This document shows positions 17,601 through 26,638 of a stretch of 39,288 bases of DNA, piece after piece; positions within the stretch are counted from its first letter, which is position 1, and each line of letters opens with the position of its first letter. Location of the stretch: NCBI GenBank assembly GCA_017436375.1, contig JAFSDF010000068.1:1-39288 (forward strand), given 5' to 3'. The stretch comes from Clostridia bacterium. GTDB taxonomy: Bacteria > Bacillota > Clostridia > Oscillospirales > Acutalibacteraceae. The notes below the pieces were generated by a model. It worked only from the letters and a program-made list of their open reading frames with translations, had not been told where the DNA came from and ran no database searches. A program made the translations under genes and the position numbers.

Positions 17601-20600
17601 GTCACCTGAGAGGATTTCCCATCTGACTTCGGGGAAGGAGGCATTCTCGGGAAGAATCGTGGCGACAATACTCTGTGAGTAAGCCTCACCGATTTTAATG
17701 TAGAAGTCATCAGCCTCTGTAGTGATTTCCTCTACGGGCATAAAGCAGGTAACCCTGCAGGTGGCCTCGAAGCCGCCGTCGGCAGTGGTGGCGGTGATAA
17801 CTGCCTCACCTGCTCCCACAGCGGTAACGGTACCGTTTTCATCCACCGCAGCGATGCTTTCATCGGAGGAGGTCCAGATAACGGTCTTGTTGATGTATTC
17901 ACCGATATTGGGAGAATCGGGATATACGGTGGGAGTAAGCTTGACCTGTTCATCTCTGTAAAGAGAAGGCACCTCGGTTATGTCGAGCACTATGCCTGTT
18001 ACAGGCTCATTGACTGTTATGTGACAGCTGGCGGTGAAATCTCCGTCGTCTGTAGTGGCATAAACCGTAGTTTCGCCGCAGTTCACACCTGTGAGCTTGC
18101 CATATTTATCTACGGTGGCTATTCCCTCATTTTCGGGAGTCCATGTGATATTTTTATTGAAGGCGTCAGCGGGCTCGACTGTAGCATTGAGCCATACCTC
18201 TGCATCTCTGTTAACAGTGATTTCTGCCTTTTCGAGAGTAATTCCCGTAACATGCTGTAAAACCGTAACGGTGCAGTCCGCTGTCTTTTTGCCGTCGGCA
18301 GTGGTAACGGTAATGAGTGCCACACCTGATTTCACGGCAGTAACCAGACCGTTTGCGGAAACCTTGGCTACTGAAGAATCGGAGGAGGCCCAGGTGACTG
18401 CCTTATCGGTTGCGTTGGCCGGAGAAACAGTAGCTGCGAGCTGCATAGTCTGTCCCACGCCGTATTTATCGATATAGAGCGTTTCGGCGGTTTCATTTAA
18501 CTCTACTCCAACCACTCTCTCTATAACCGTAACCTTACAGGTTGCGGTCTTGTTATTTTCCTTGGATGTGACAGTAACCGTAGCCGTACCGGGAGCCTTG
18601 GCAGTAATCACACCGGTGGCGGAAACTGTCGCTATATTTGTATTTGAAGAAGCGAAGGTATAGCCCTTTTCCGTAGCATTTGCAGGGCTGACGGTAACCT
18701 TAAGAGCGGCCGTGGCACCCCTTTCGAGGGAAACTGCACTTCTGTCCACTGAAACAGCCGTTACATGCTGCTTGACCGTTACGGTGCAGGTAGCTTTTTT
18801 ACCGTTTTCGCTCTTTACGGTTATTACGGCTGTGCCCACCTTCTTCGGTGTTATCTTACCGCCGCTGACGGTAAGAACCGATGTATCCGAAACAGACCAT
18901 GTGAACTTCTGATTGTTTGCATTGGTGGGAAGAACATTAGCCTTCAGAGTAAGGCCTTCACCCATATAAACAGATGCGGAGGTCTTGCTGATATAAATAG
19001 AGGTAACGGGCTGCTTTACCGTGATTTTACACTTGACGGTTATACCTCTTTCACTCTTTGCGGTGATGGTGGCAGTACCTCTGCCCTTTGCAGTGATGAC
19101 ACCCTTTGAGGAAACGGTGGCTACCTTTTTGTTACTCGAGGTAAAGGTTATTCCCTCTGTGGCATTTGAGGGCTTTCTCGTCACCTTGAGGGTATAGGTC
19201 TTACCTGCATCGAGAGTAAGCTTTTTCTTATTCAGAGTAAAGCTTTTCAGCTTTCTCTTTACGGAAACCTTACAGGTAGCCTTGAGTCCGCCGTCGTCGG
19301 TGGTAACGGTAATATTGGCAGTGCCTGTCTTTTTCGGAGTGATAGTACCGGATTTGGAAACGGTAGCCACGCTCTTTTTGCTCGACTTCCATTTTACATC
19401 GGGATTGCTCGGCTTTTTGGGATTGAGAACTGCATCAAGCTTATCCTTTTCGCCCAGATAAACCGTAAGAGTCTTCGGCAAGGATACACTCTTGACTCTC
19501 TTTACTACGGTAACCTTACAGGTAGCCTTGAGGCCGCCATCCTTAGTGATAACAGTAATAGTAGCCGTACCTGTGGAAACGGGCTTCACTACACCCTTTG
19601 AGGTAACCTTGACTACCTTTTTATTGCTTGAGGTCCACTTGAGAGCCTTATTGCTGGCATCGGAGGGCTTTATGGTAGCCTTGAGAGTAAGCTTTTCATC
19701 TATGTCGATAATAGCCTTGGTTTTATTGAGCTTCACGCTCTTTACGGGCTGATTTACAAATACGGTACACTCTGCCTTTTTACCGCTGTCAACGGAGGTA
19801 CAGGTGATAACCGCGTAGCCCGGTGCCTTGGCGGTGATTTTTCCGTTTTTAACCTTTACCACATCGTTATCGCTCGACTTCCAGGTTACCTCCTTGTTTG
19901 AGGCACTCTTGGGAGAAATGGTAGGAGTGATGGTGGTCGTCTTTCCTACGGCAATGGTAATGGAGGTTTTATTGAGCTTTACCTTCTTTACGGGCTTGAT
20001 AACCTCTACCTTAATGGTGGCACTGTAAAGGCTGTTGGCAGTGGTGGCGGTTATTTTTACCGTACCCTTCTTCAGACCTGTTACGGTACCGTCAGCGGCT
20101 ACCTTTGCTATCTTTTCATCGGAGGAGGACCAGATAACATTTTTGTTTGATGCTGTCTCGGGAAGAATGATGGGGTTGAATTTCTTCGGTGTGCCTATTC
20201 TTACCGTAGTTTTCTTGGATTTGAATTTGATACCCGTAGGCGGCTGTGTAACGGTGACCTTCACGGTAGTTTTGGCATAGCCGTCTGCAGATGCACAGGT
20301 AACCGTAGCCGTACCTGCGGCCACAGCAGTAACTACACCCGAGGAGCTTACCGTAGCAATTTTCTTATTGCTGGACGACCATTTGACATCCTTGTTCGTA
20401 GCACCTACCGGTCTGATTTCGGGAGAAAGAGTCTTCTTTTTACCTGCATCAAGAGTAATACTCGAATATTCGAAGGAAAGTGAGGTCACCGGCTGGATAA
20501 CATCTACATCAATAACATCCACATATCTGCCGTCATTGGTGGTTACGGTGAGGGTGGTGGAGCCCACTCTCTTACCCTCAACCTGTCCGGTGCTGCTTAC

Positions 20601-23195
20601 GGAAATAACCGAGGAGCCTGCTGTCCAGGTTACTCTCTGGTCTGTAGCATTGGCAGGTGAAACCGTAGCGGTGACGCTTCTCTTTTCACCCTTCGGAACG
20701 GTAAGGGAGCTGTAATTGATTTTTACGCCTGTTACCGGAATGACTACATTGACCTTACAGGTGGCACGGTAAAGATTATTCGGTGTGGAAGCCGTAACGG
20801 TAACAGTACCTGCTTTAATACCTTTGACCATACCGTTGGCATCTACCGTAGCTACCTTAGTATCAGAGGAGGTCCAGGTTATTGGCATATCGGAGGGATT
20901 GCTGCTTGCTGCGAGAATGAGAGCCGATGTAGAGCCTACGGGAACCTGTACCGAGGTGCTGTAAAGCTCGATGGGGCCAACTACATAAATCTCACAGTAA
21001 TCGGTTTTTTCTCCGTCAGTGGTTTTAACCTGAATCTTAGCCTTGCCGGGAGCATTGGCTGTAACGGTACCGTTTGAAACAGAGGCTACCTTTGCATTGC
21101 TTGTGGACCAGGCTACGGTTTTATCCGATGCGTTATCGGGGCTTACGGTTTCATAAAGGTAAACCGTAGATCCGACCTTGGTATAAACGGTCTTTTTACT
21201 CATATTGAGCGTAACGCCCGTCACCTCAACCTTAGGCTCGGTGAACACAGTACACTGAGCAGTGAGAATCCTGCCGTCGTAGGTGGTATAGGTGGCGGTG
21301 ATGGTAGAGCTGAGGTTTGCACCTCTGGCAGTAAGCATACCGGTGTTTCTGTCTACGGAAACAGCTCCGCTGTTTGATGAGGTCCATACGACTGTTTTAT
21401 TTGTAACTGTGGCTGAATTGAATTCGATTTTGAGCTGATATTTCTGCTCCTTGTACAGCTTTGAGGTAGGAGCATTGGTGATACGGATGCTCGTAGCATC
21501 CTCGGAAACGGTAACTCTGCAGGTTGCCTTGGCTCCGCCGCTTTTCGTGGTACAGGTAATGGTAGCCGTACCGCCTGCCACGGCAGTAACCTTACCGTCA
21601 GAATCGACTGTAGCCACCTTAGTATCAGAGGAGGTCCAGCTTACATTTTTGTTTGTAGCCGTGTCGGGATTAACGGTAGCGATGAGAGTTTCACTTGAAT
21701 TCGTACTGCTTCCCACTCTGAGAGAGAGAGCAGTCTTTGAAAGTGATACACTGGTGGGAGGAACCTCCACGCTTACCTCACACACGGCAATGTATCCGCC
21801 GTCATTGGTTTTTACGGTAATTTCAGCCTTTCCCTCGCTTTTACCGGAAACGATGCCCTTATCGGAAACTGTGGCTACATTGGGATTATCGGTAGACCAG
21901 GTGACCTTTTTATCCGAAGCATTTGAGGGCTCGAAAGCAGGAGAGAGGACCATCGTTCCGCCTACCCAGCAGACAGCATTTTTAGGAAGGGAAATGCCCT
22001 TTACGGGCTGTGTTACGGAAACGGTGCACTCTGCCTTAAGATTAGTTCCGTCGGCAGTGGTGGCGGTAATTTTCGCTGTGCCCGGGCCTACGGCCTTGAC
22101 TATACCGAGAGAGTCAACGGTAGCCACAGCGGTATTCGAGGACTTCCATTCCACCGCATCTGTATAGGTAATGCCGCCACTGAGCTCACAGGTGGCAGTA
22201 AGGTCTGTATTTTTATCTCCGACCTTCATAGCGAGAGAGGTTTTATCGAGAGTTATGCTCTTTGTACCGTCTGATACAACCACATAGGTTTTCGCAGTGA
22301 TGTTACTGCCGTCGGTGGTTCTGGCTGACACATAGGTCACACCTGCACCCTTCGGTGTTATGACACCGAGAGCATCCACCAGACAGACATTGGTATTGGC
22401 GCTCCACCATTCCAGATCCTTTTTAACAGCGGTGGCGGGAAGAATTTTACGGTCAACTGCATAGCCCGTAGTGGATTCGGTAACTACTACATGGGGAGGC
22501 AGAGAGAGAGTTTTGATGAGAGGATTGACCGTTACGGTAAATGAGCCCGATTTATTTGTTCCGTCGGTGGCGGTATAGGTTACGGTAGCCGTACCCTCAC
22601 CTGCACCGTAAATGTCGGCATAAGCCTGAGGATTATTGCTGTCAAGACCCGAGGAAAGGATTTTTACCACATTTTCATTTGAGGACTTCCAGCGCAGCTC
22701 CTTATAGGTGGCAGTAGCAGGCTCCACACTGACTTTTATTCTTTCCGTGCTTTGCTCCATAATGCTCAGCTTTTCGCCGCCTACAGGCTTCAGACTGTCC
22801 ACAGGGATGAAATCGAGGACCTTGATTCTGCTTCCGTAAGCGTAGGTGTAGTTGACACCCATATAGGTATAGGTGGCCGAAAGGTTAACGGTAACCTCAC
22901 CTGCCTTTATACCCTTTACCCTGCCGTTTTCGTCTACGGTGGCAATCGAGGTATCTCTCGAGGTCCATTTGTAGGTAAGGTTATCGGTTACGACCTCACC
23001 GCCGAAGGTAGCCACAGGTGTAAGGGTACCCTCAGCATTTACCAGTACGGTAATTTCATCGAAGTAAACCTCGAAGCTGTTCTCCGCCGCTACGGCAGAA
23101 ACAGCGAAGTCAAAAAACTCCGAAAGCGGTGAAAAAGGCACTGATGAAAAAATCATCACCGCACACATAAGGAATGCCAGAATTCTCTTTGTCAT
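14700..23195 (-). CDS. Giant secreted protein of about 33 tandem Big_2 (bacterial Ig-like group 2) domains
   Basis: 2831-aa uninterrupted ORF with the signal peptide MTKRILAFLMCAVMIFSSVP...AVAAENS. I counted 33 repeats of the signature K.V.W.SS....A.V...G.VTA...G.A.ITV. No other domain type and no C-terminal anchor motif are visible. Confidence 0.9.
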   Translation of the reverse strand: MTKRILAFLMCAVMIFSSVPFSPLSEFFDFAVSAVAAENSFEVYFDEITVLVNAEGTLTPVATFGGEVVTDNLTYKWTSRDTSIATVDENGRVKGIKAGEVTVNLSATYTYMGVNYTYAYGSRIKVLDFIPVDSLKPVGGEKLSIMEQSTERIKVSVEPATATYKELRWKSSNENVVKILSSGLDSNNPQAYADIYGAGEGTATVTYTATDGTNKSGSFTVTVNPLIKTLSLPPHVVVTESTTGYAVDRKILPATAVKKDLEWWSANTNVCLVDALGVITPKGAGVTYVSARTTDGSNITAKTYVVVSDGTKSITLDKTSLAMKVGDKNTDLTATCELSGGITYTDAVEWKSSNTAVATVDSLGIVKAVGPGTAKITATTADGTNLKAECTVSVTQPVKGISLPKNAVCWVGGTMVLSPAFEPSNASDKKVTWSTDNPNVATVSDKGIVSGKSEGKAEITVKTNDGGYIAVCEVSVEVPPTSVSLSKTALSLRVGSSTNSSETLIATVNPDTATNKNVSWTSSDTKVATVDSDGKVTAVAGGTATITCTTKSGGAKATCRVTVSEDATSIRITNAPTSKLYKEQKYQLKIEFNSATVTNKTVVWTSSNSGAVSVDRNTGMLTARGANLSSTITATYTTYDGRILTAQCTVFTEPKVEVTGVTLNMSKKTVYTKVGSTVYLYETVSPDNASDKTVAWSTSNAKVASVSNGTVTANAPGKAKIQVKTTDGEKTDYCEIYVVGPIELYSTSVQVPVGSTSALILAASSNPSDMPITWTSSDTKVATVDANGMVKGIKAGTVTVTASTPNNLYRATCKVNVVIPVTGVKINYSSLTVPKGEKRSVTATVSPANATDQRVTWTAGSSVISVSSTGQVEGKRVGSTTLTVTTNDGRYVDVIDVDVIQPVTSLSFEYSSITLDAGKKKTLSPEIRPVGATNKDVKWSSSNKKIATVSSSGVVTAVAAGTATVTCASADGYAKTTVKVTVTQPPTGIKFKSKKTTVRIGTPKKFNPIILPETASNKNVIWSSSDEKIAKVAADGTVTGLKKGTVKITATTANSLYSATIKVEVIKPVKKVKLNKTSITIAVGKTTTITPTISPKSASNKEVTWKSSDNDVVKVKNGKITAKAPGYAVITCTSVDSGKKAECTVFVNQPVKSVKLNKTKAIIDIDEKLTLKATIKPSDASNKALKWTSSNKKVVKVTSKGVVKPVSTGTATITVITKDGGLKATCKVTVVKRVKSVSLPKTLTVYLGEKDKLDAVLNPKKPSNPDVKWKSSKKSVATVSKSGTITPKKTGTANITVTTDDGGLKATCKVSVKRKLKSFTLNKKKLTLDAGKTYTLKVTRKPSNATEGITFTSSNKKVATVSSKGVITAKGRGTATITAKSERGITVKCKITVKQPVTSIYISKTSASVYMGEGLTLKANVLPTNANNQKFTWSVSDTSVLTVSGGKITPKKVGTAVITVKSENGKKATCTVTVKQHVTAVSVDRSAVSLERGATAALKVTVSPANATEKGYTFASSNTNIATVSATGVITAKAPGTATVTVTSKENNKTATCKVTVIERVVGVELNETAETLYIDKYGVGQTMQLAATVSPANATDKAVTWASSDSSVAKVSANGLVTAVKSGVALITVTTADGKKTADCTVTVLQHVTGITLEKAEITVNRDAEVWLNATVEPADAFNKNITWTPENEGIATVDKYGKLTGVNCGETTVYATTDDGDFTASCHITVNEPVTGIVLDITEVPSLYRDEQVKLTPTVYPDSPNIGEYINKTVIWTSSDESIAAVDENGTVTAVGAGEAVITATTADGGFEATCRVTCFMPVEEITTEADDFYIKIGEAYSQSIVATILPENASFPEVRWEILSGDEYFTCDSGVITGLSMGSGRVRIISVDNPGVTKEINIHIVKKVDGVVLDKTDVTLNKGETSTLIPTVSPSDAHNQKVTFTSSDENVVSVDENGVVTAVGRGTATVTVTTEDEGKTAECTFTVKQLVEEIVFTESEYTVGAGKKLTLGVQALPENANDKTLKWESSESSVATVANGTVTGIRAGETLITATAADTGRITATVKVTVVKHAEAIELTAETDNLWIGDSVLLNALVLPEDTTDKTVTFTSSDESIATVDENGLVTALSAGETGTAEVVITALSACTSAAAEYTFTVRQQITDIIIPDTSVILKLGESYTFGPEVLPVNAFDKTVTYTSSDKDILTVEDGKVTTVGTGTATVTLTSACGKVEKTCEIKIIVLPAEIEMEAELSVEKNKTHQLTPVLTPDNVTETKVIYTSSDEEVAKVDENGLVTALKAGNAVIKAQTETEDVYAECKVSVYVLSEKIELTAERYELYIGEEFTLGAAVLPEDTTNKNVTFTSSADEVITVDGEGKVKAVGKGTATVTVTAEDTGITSVCEVTVRKHAEAINVVSDAVAYVGRGLKIEAEVLPADADNKNIIWTVSDERMAGVDADGVLTAYEPGFVFVTAETEDGGFKGGCLVEIRTGIDSVSLSKTELLLDRGASETLAFSVLPENADVKKVIWTTSDDTVATVDSKGKVTATDKSGTAVIRATAVDNPEAYAECTVTVKVPLITIYLQESEIGLRKGETASLKVVYQPENATVKDVIYESADADIASVDENGVVTAHKAGEADITVTSLEGGYKTVCRVKVYKEIEGFISLPLIMKKGAEADIYTVFAAQPIDHDEKLSFTCDNEDIADVSENGIITAKARGTANIIITSSISGKTYTLPFTVIEPVAGVEFVKDRETVVTNGITAVEFSVLPADADNIESIVFISENEEIAKIIDQTDGSVQGMDTGTVKITVKVTTTDGEELTDTYTLTVVEAVEG

Positions 23196-23305
23196 AGTCG
23201 ATTACCTCAATTCTTCAAAATCTCTTATCTTAAATTTCAGTATTGTAATTAATATATATTATATATAATACCATAATGGCGCTAAAACCCATTATAAGTA
23301 GTATC

Positions 23306-23334
23306 ATTATAGATTAAACCTCCTCCCTTGTCAA
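23306..23334 (-). promoter_or_regulatory. Consensus sigma-70 promoter for the giant Big_2 gene
   Basis: On the minus strand, TTGACA (23329-23334) is followed by a 17-nt spacer and TATAAT (23306-23311), about 110 nt upstream of the ATG. Confidence 0.65.
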
Positions 23335-23414
23335 CACAGAAGCTGGATTATATTGAAAAAGTTTACAAATTGTGTTAAAATAATCAAAGATTCAATCCGA
23401 AAGGAGTTTTACCC

Positions 23415-24173
23415 GTGAAAAAATTTATTTCCTGGAATGTAAACGGTATCCGTGCCTGTGTTACAAAGGGCTTTCTCGAGGCCTTCAGAGAGCTGGACGC
23501 AGATATTTTCTGTCTGCAAGAGACGAAGCTGCAGCAGGGACAGATAGAGCTCGAAACGGAGGGCTACCATCAGTACTGGAATTATGCCGAAAAAAAGGGC
23601 TATTCGGGGACTGCCGTTTTCACCAAAGAGGAGCCGATTTCCGTTTTTTACGGAATGGATAAAGCCGAGCACGACACCGAGGGCAGGCTCATAACCCTCG
23701 AGTTTCCCGATTTCTATTTCGTGTGCTGCTACACGCCCAATGCACAGGACGGTCTGAAAAGGCTTGACTACCGTATGAAATGGGAGGACGATTTGCGTGA
23801 ATATCTCGTATCCCTGAAAAATGACAAGCCTGTTATTTACACCGGCGACCTGAATGTAGCGCATAATGAAATTGACCTTAAGAACCCGAAAACCAACCGC
23901 GGAAACGCAGGCTTTTCTGACGAAGAAAGAGAAAAATTTTCACTTCTTTTAGAGAGCGGCTTCACCGACTCCTTCCGCTATCTTTATCCGGAGCTTGAGG
24001 GTGCATACTCCTGGTGGAGCTACCGTTTTCAGGCCAGACAAAAGAACGCAGGCTGGAGAATTGACTACTTTATCGTATCAGATGAAGCTAAAGAAAAAAT
24101 TAAAGAAGCAAAAATTCACAGTGAAATTTTTGGCTCCGACCACTGCCCCGTAGAGCTGGTAATAGACCTGTAA
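23415..24173 (+). CDS. xth: Exodeoxyribonuclease III (AP endonuclease)
   Basis: 252 aa from a GTG start with an AAAGGAG RBS. Motifs are SWNVNGIRA, CLQETK, GDLNVAHNEIDL and GSDHCPV. Confidence 0.9.
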   Translation: MKKFISWNVNGIRACVTKGFLEAFRELDADIFCLQETKLQQGQIELETEGYHQYWNYAEKKGYSGTAVFTKEEPISVFYGMDKAEHDTEGRLITLEFPDFYFVCCYTPNAQDGLKRLDYRMKWEDDLREYLVSLKNDKPVIYTGDLNVAHNEIDLKNPKTNRGNAGFSDEEREKFSLLLESGFTDSFRYLYPELEGAYSWWSYRFQARQKNAGWRIDYFIVSDEAKEKIKEAKIHSEIFGSDHCPVELVIDL

Positions 24174-24294
24174 GCCCTTTAAAATCAAGGATTCTCATTT
24201 TTTGAGAGTCCTTTCTCTGTTTATCGGGTGTACAAAAACAAGCACCCGTGCTAAACTGAGGATGCAGAATAAAAGAAGCCATAGGAGTGATATT

Positions 24295-25572
24295 ATGCAG
24301 CTTACCCTCGGTGCTTTCATAGCCGCATTAAGAAAAGAAAAAGGTCTTACCCAGAGAGAGCTTTCAGAAATGCTCTGTGTCTCGGATAAGACTGTAAGCC
24401 ACTGGGAGCGTGACGAAACTTCACCTGATATTTCTCTCCTCCCGCTTATAGCCGACATATTCGGCATAACCGTAGATGAACTGCTTAAGGGTGAAAGAAA
24501 AGGTGCCGGAGACGAAGAAAAAAGCCTCCCCGACAGAAACGGAGACACAGGCATTATCTATGCTCTGGACATCGCCTTCAACCGCTTCAGAACGAGAAAT
24601 TTCATCAGCATCGCTCTGTCCGTAATAGCCATACTCTGCGGATACATTGTGGATTATTTCAAAACAATAGATGTGGGCTATCTCGTATTTATCGCCGTGC
24701 TTATAGTCCCCCTTCTGCTGACGGCACTTTTCAGAGGAAGCTTCACCGCTAATCTTGTCTCACCCTATACAGAGGAAGCTGTGCTGAAAAATTACGGTAA
24801 AAAAGCCAACCGCATAACCCTCTGCAGTCTGTATTTCTCGTTTCTTTGCTTCGTGCTTTATTCGGCAAGAGTGATACTTTTCCACACTGCAGATGTTGTA
24901 CTCGTTCTTCTTATTTTCCTTGCCGCGGCAGCCATTATTTTCCTGTGCGAAAGACTCCTGAGAAATAAAGATCTCGTCAGTCATACCGACAAGCCCGTTA
25001 TGATCAGAAAGAAAACCCTGCTGAAGGTCTTCTCCTGTCTTCTCTGTGCGGTAATGCTTTTTGCGGTTTATGTAAGCCACATATCCCGTGATGAGAACAG
25101 CATAATGCTCGAAAAAGCAGAATACACCCTCGTCGCAGAGGAGGATTTAACAGCCTTAATGGAAAAGGAAGTTCCCGCACCCGATGAAATTTACGGGAGA
25201 CAGGACGGCGGATGGGAGCATACAGAGTTTCTCCCCTCGGACAAGGGCGCAGAATATACCTTTTATCCCGACTTCGGTGCTGACAGCACTGAAATTGATG
25301 TAATCGATCATGACGGCGGAATAACCTTTACCTACAATAATTTAGAAATCGCACGGTACAGCTATCACCATGATGAAGGCTTCGCCGTCTACACCCACGC
25401 ACAGCTCATTGAGGCAAGAGCACAGGCAGAAAAGGCGTACGCTCTCTACACTGTTATTCATCTGGTGCTTTATCCCGTGGCTGTACTGATTTCCGTAGGA
25501 ATTTACTTTATACTTAAAAGGCTTTTCCTTAAAAAGAACAAGAGCGAAAACATAGCATTGAAGCTTTTCTGA
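24295..25572 (+). CDS. XRE-family HTH protein with multiple transmembrane segments
   Basis: I moved the start to MQLTLGAF (ATG at 24295, AGGAG RBS). The HTH region reads GLTQRELSEMLCVSDKTVSHWERDETSPDISLLPLIA. It is followed by at least 5 hydrophobic segments and a C-terminal TM segment. Confidence 0.7.
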   Translation: MQLTLGAFIAALRKEKGLTQRELSEMLCVSDKTVSHWERDETSPDISLLPLIADIFGITVDELLKGERKGAGDEEKSLPDRNGDTGIIYALDIAFNRFRTRNFISIALSVIAILCGYIVDYFKTIDVGYLVFIAVLIVPLLLTALFRGSFTANLVSPYTEEAVLKNYGKKANRITLCSLYFSFLCFVLYSARVILFHTADVVLVLLIFLAAAAIIFLCERLLRNKDLVSHTDKPVMIRKKTLLKVFSCLLCAVMLFAVYVSHISRDENSIMLEKAEYTLVAEEDLTALMEKEVPAPDEIYGRQDGGWEHTEFLPSDKGAEYTFYPDFGADSTEIDVIDHDGGITFTYNNLEIARYSYHHDEGFAVYTHAQLIEARAQAEKAYALYTVIHLVLYPVAVLISVGIYFILKRLFLKKNKSENIALKLF

Positions 25573-25602
25573 AAAAAAGTCAAAAAAATTTTGAAAAAAC
25601 TA

Positions 25603-25631
25603 TTGACAAACCGGGTGCGCTTGTGTATAAT
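25603..25631 (+). promoter_or_regulatory. Perfect consensus sigma-70 promoter driving the 5S rRNA gene
   Basis: TTGACA (25603-25608), a 17-nt spacer, then TATAAT (25626-25631). A leader hairpin, GCATACG...CGTATGC, begins at 25633. Confidence 0.75.
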
Positions 25632-25676
25632 AGCATACGTTGATTGAACGAATGCGTATGCAAAAGCGTATCGTTA

Positions 25677-25793
<117 letters not shown>

Positions 25794-25798
25794 CAACT

Positions 25799-25830
25799 TA
25801 ACCACAGCAAAGGCTGTGGTTTTTTTATTT
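25799..25830 (+). terminator. Intrinsic terminator after the 5S rRNA
   Basis: AACCACAGC-AA-AGGCTGTGGTT is followed by TTTTTTATTT. Confidence 0.8.
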
Positions 25831-25870
25831 ATATTACAACTAAAATCCGAACACAAAGCGTGAAAAAATA

Positions 25871-26220
25871 TAACAGCACTGAAGGTGCCGCATCGCAGAG
25901 CCTCCGCTTTTAGGGGAGGTGGCAGCGAAGCCGACGGAGGGATATCCTCTGCGGACACAATGCATTGTGTCCCTACGATATATGCATTTATTCGATGGTT
26001 TATCATTTTCTGTTTTAGGAAGTATTCCGCACCCGTTTAGCGTTACAATAGCACCATAGGTGCCACCACGCAGAGCCTCATCCTGAAAGGTAATTCCCTC
26101 TGTTACAGGGAGTGTCACGAAGTGACGAGGGAGTGCCCGTTCCCGGAGGGAAAGGTGGCACGGCTATGCCGTGACGGAGGGGTTATAGCGTTTAGCACTT
26201 AAAGTATCGGTCTATCATTA
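25871..26220 (+). repeat. Dispersed repeat locus C (M1-type units plus extra hairpin modules)
   Basis: M1-like units lie at 25871-25941 and 26041-26090, and GACGGAGGGGTTA recurs at 26173-26185. A 20-bp perfect palindrome, GGACACAATGCATTGTGTCC, lies at 25953-25972. The triloop hairpins GTCAC-GAA-GTGAC and CACGGC-TAT-GCCGTG are present. The segment 26185-26220 is homologous to the reverse complement of 35216-35250. Confidence 0.85.
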
Positions 26221-26243
26221 CATCTTTCCGTAAATCTTTCACG

Positions 26244-26278
26244 GCATTCTGCATTCTGCATTTTGCATTCTGCATTCA
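26244..26278 (-). repeat. Heptamer tandem array, (GAATGCR)5 read on the minus strand, abutting the ArsC-family gene stop codon
   Basis: The plus strand reads GCATTCT GCATTCT GCATTTT GCATTCT GCATTCA. The last unit contains the stop codon (26276-26278). Confidence 0.9.
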
Positions 26279-26626
26279 TAAAGCCTCTTCCCATTCCTTC
26301 TCCTTAAACCCTGTCAGCACGAAATCCTCACCCACTAAAAGGGGTCTTTTTACGAGCATACCGTCAGTGGCCAAAAGAGAGAGCATCTCATTTTCACTCA
26401 TAAGAGGTAATTTATCCTTAAGTGCCATAGACTTATATAAAAGTCCGCTTGTATTAAAAAACTTTTTGAGAGGCTGACTGCTTAAGGAGTACCATTTTTC
26501 CAGCTCTTCAAAAGAGGGATTTTCGGTTTTTATATCTCTCATTTCATACTCTATTCCCTTTTCATCAAGCCACTTTTTCGCCTTCTGACAGGTAGTGCAT
26601 TTGGGATAACAGATAAATTTAAGCAT
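26276..26626 (-). CDS. ArsC/Spx-family thioredoxin-fold protein (YffB-like)
   Basis: 116 aa with the N-terminal sequence ICYPKCTTCQKAKKWLDEKGIEY, and FNTSG and LVKRPLL motifs typical of the family. Confidence 0.75.
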   Translation of the reverse strand: MLKFICYPKCTTCQKAKKWLDEKGIEYEMRDIKTENPSFEELEKWYSLSSQPLKKFFNTSGLLYKSMALKDKLPLMSENEMLSLLATDGMLVKRPLLVGEDFVLTGFKEKEWEEAL

Positions 26627-26638
26627 AATAATTCTCCT

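Noticed and set aside
20151-20165. LPETA in the giant protein as a possible sortase motif
   Set aside because: It lies mid-protein inside a Big_2 domain (PIILPETASNK). It is not followed by Gly, a hydrophobic segment or a basic tail.
14691-23132. Many plus-strand ORFs of 60-240 aa (for example 16705-17382, 21451-22167 and 20368-20715), plus a few short same-strand ORFs in other frames (17732-17953, 18119-18325), all inside the giant gene
   Set aside because: They are shadow ORFs on the opposite strand or in alternative frames of a repetitive Thr/Val/Ser/Ala-rich gene. Their products are low-complexity (for example VTVTV and SSSS runs), they lack RBSs, and they lie wholly inside an uninterrupted 8.5-kb ORF with clear domain signatures.
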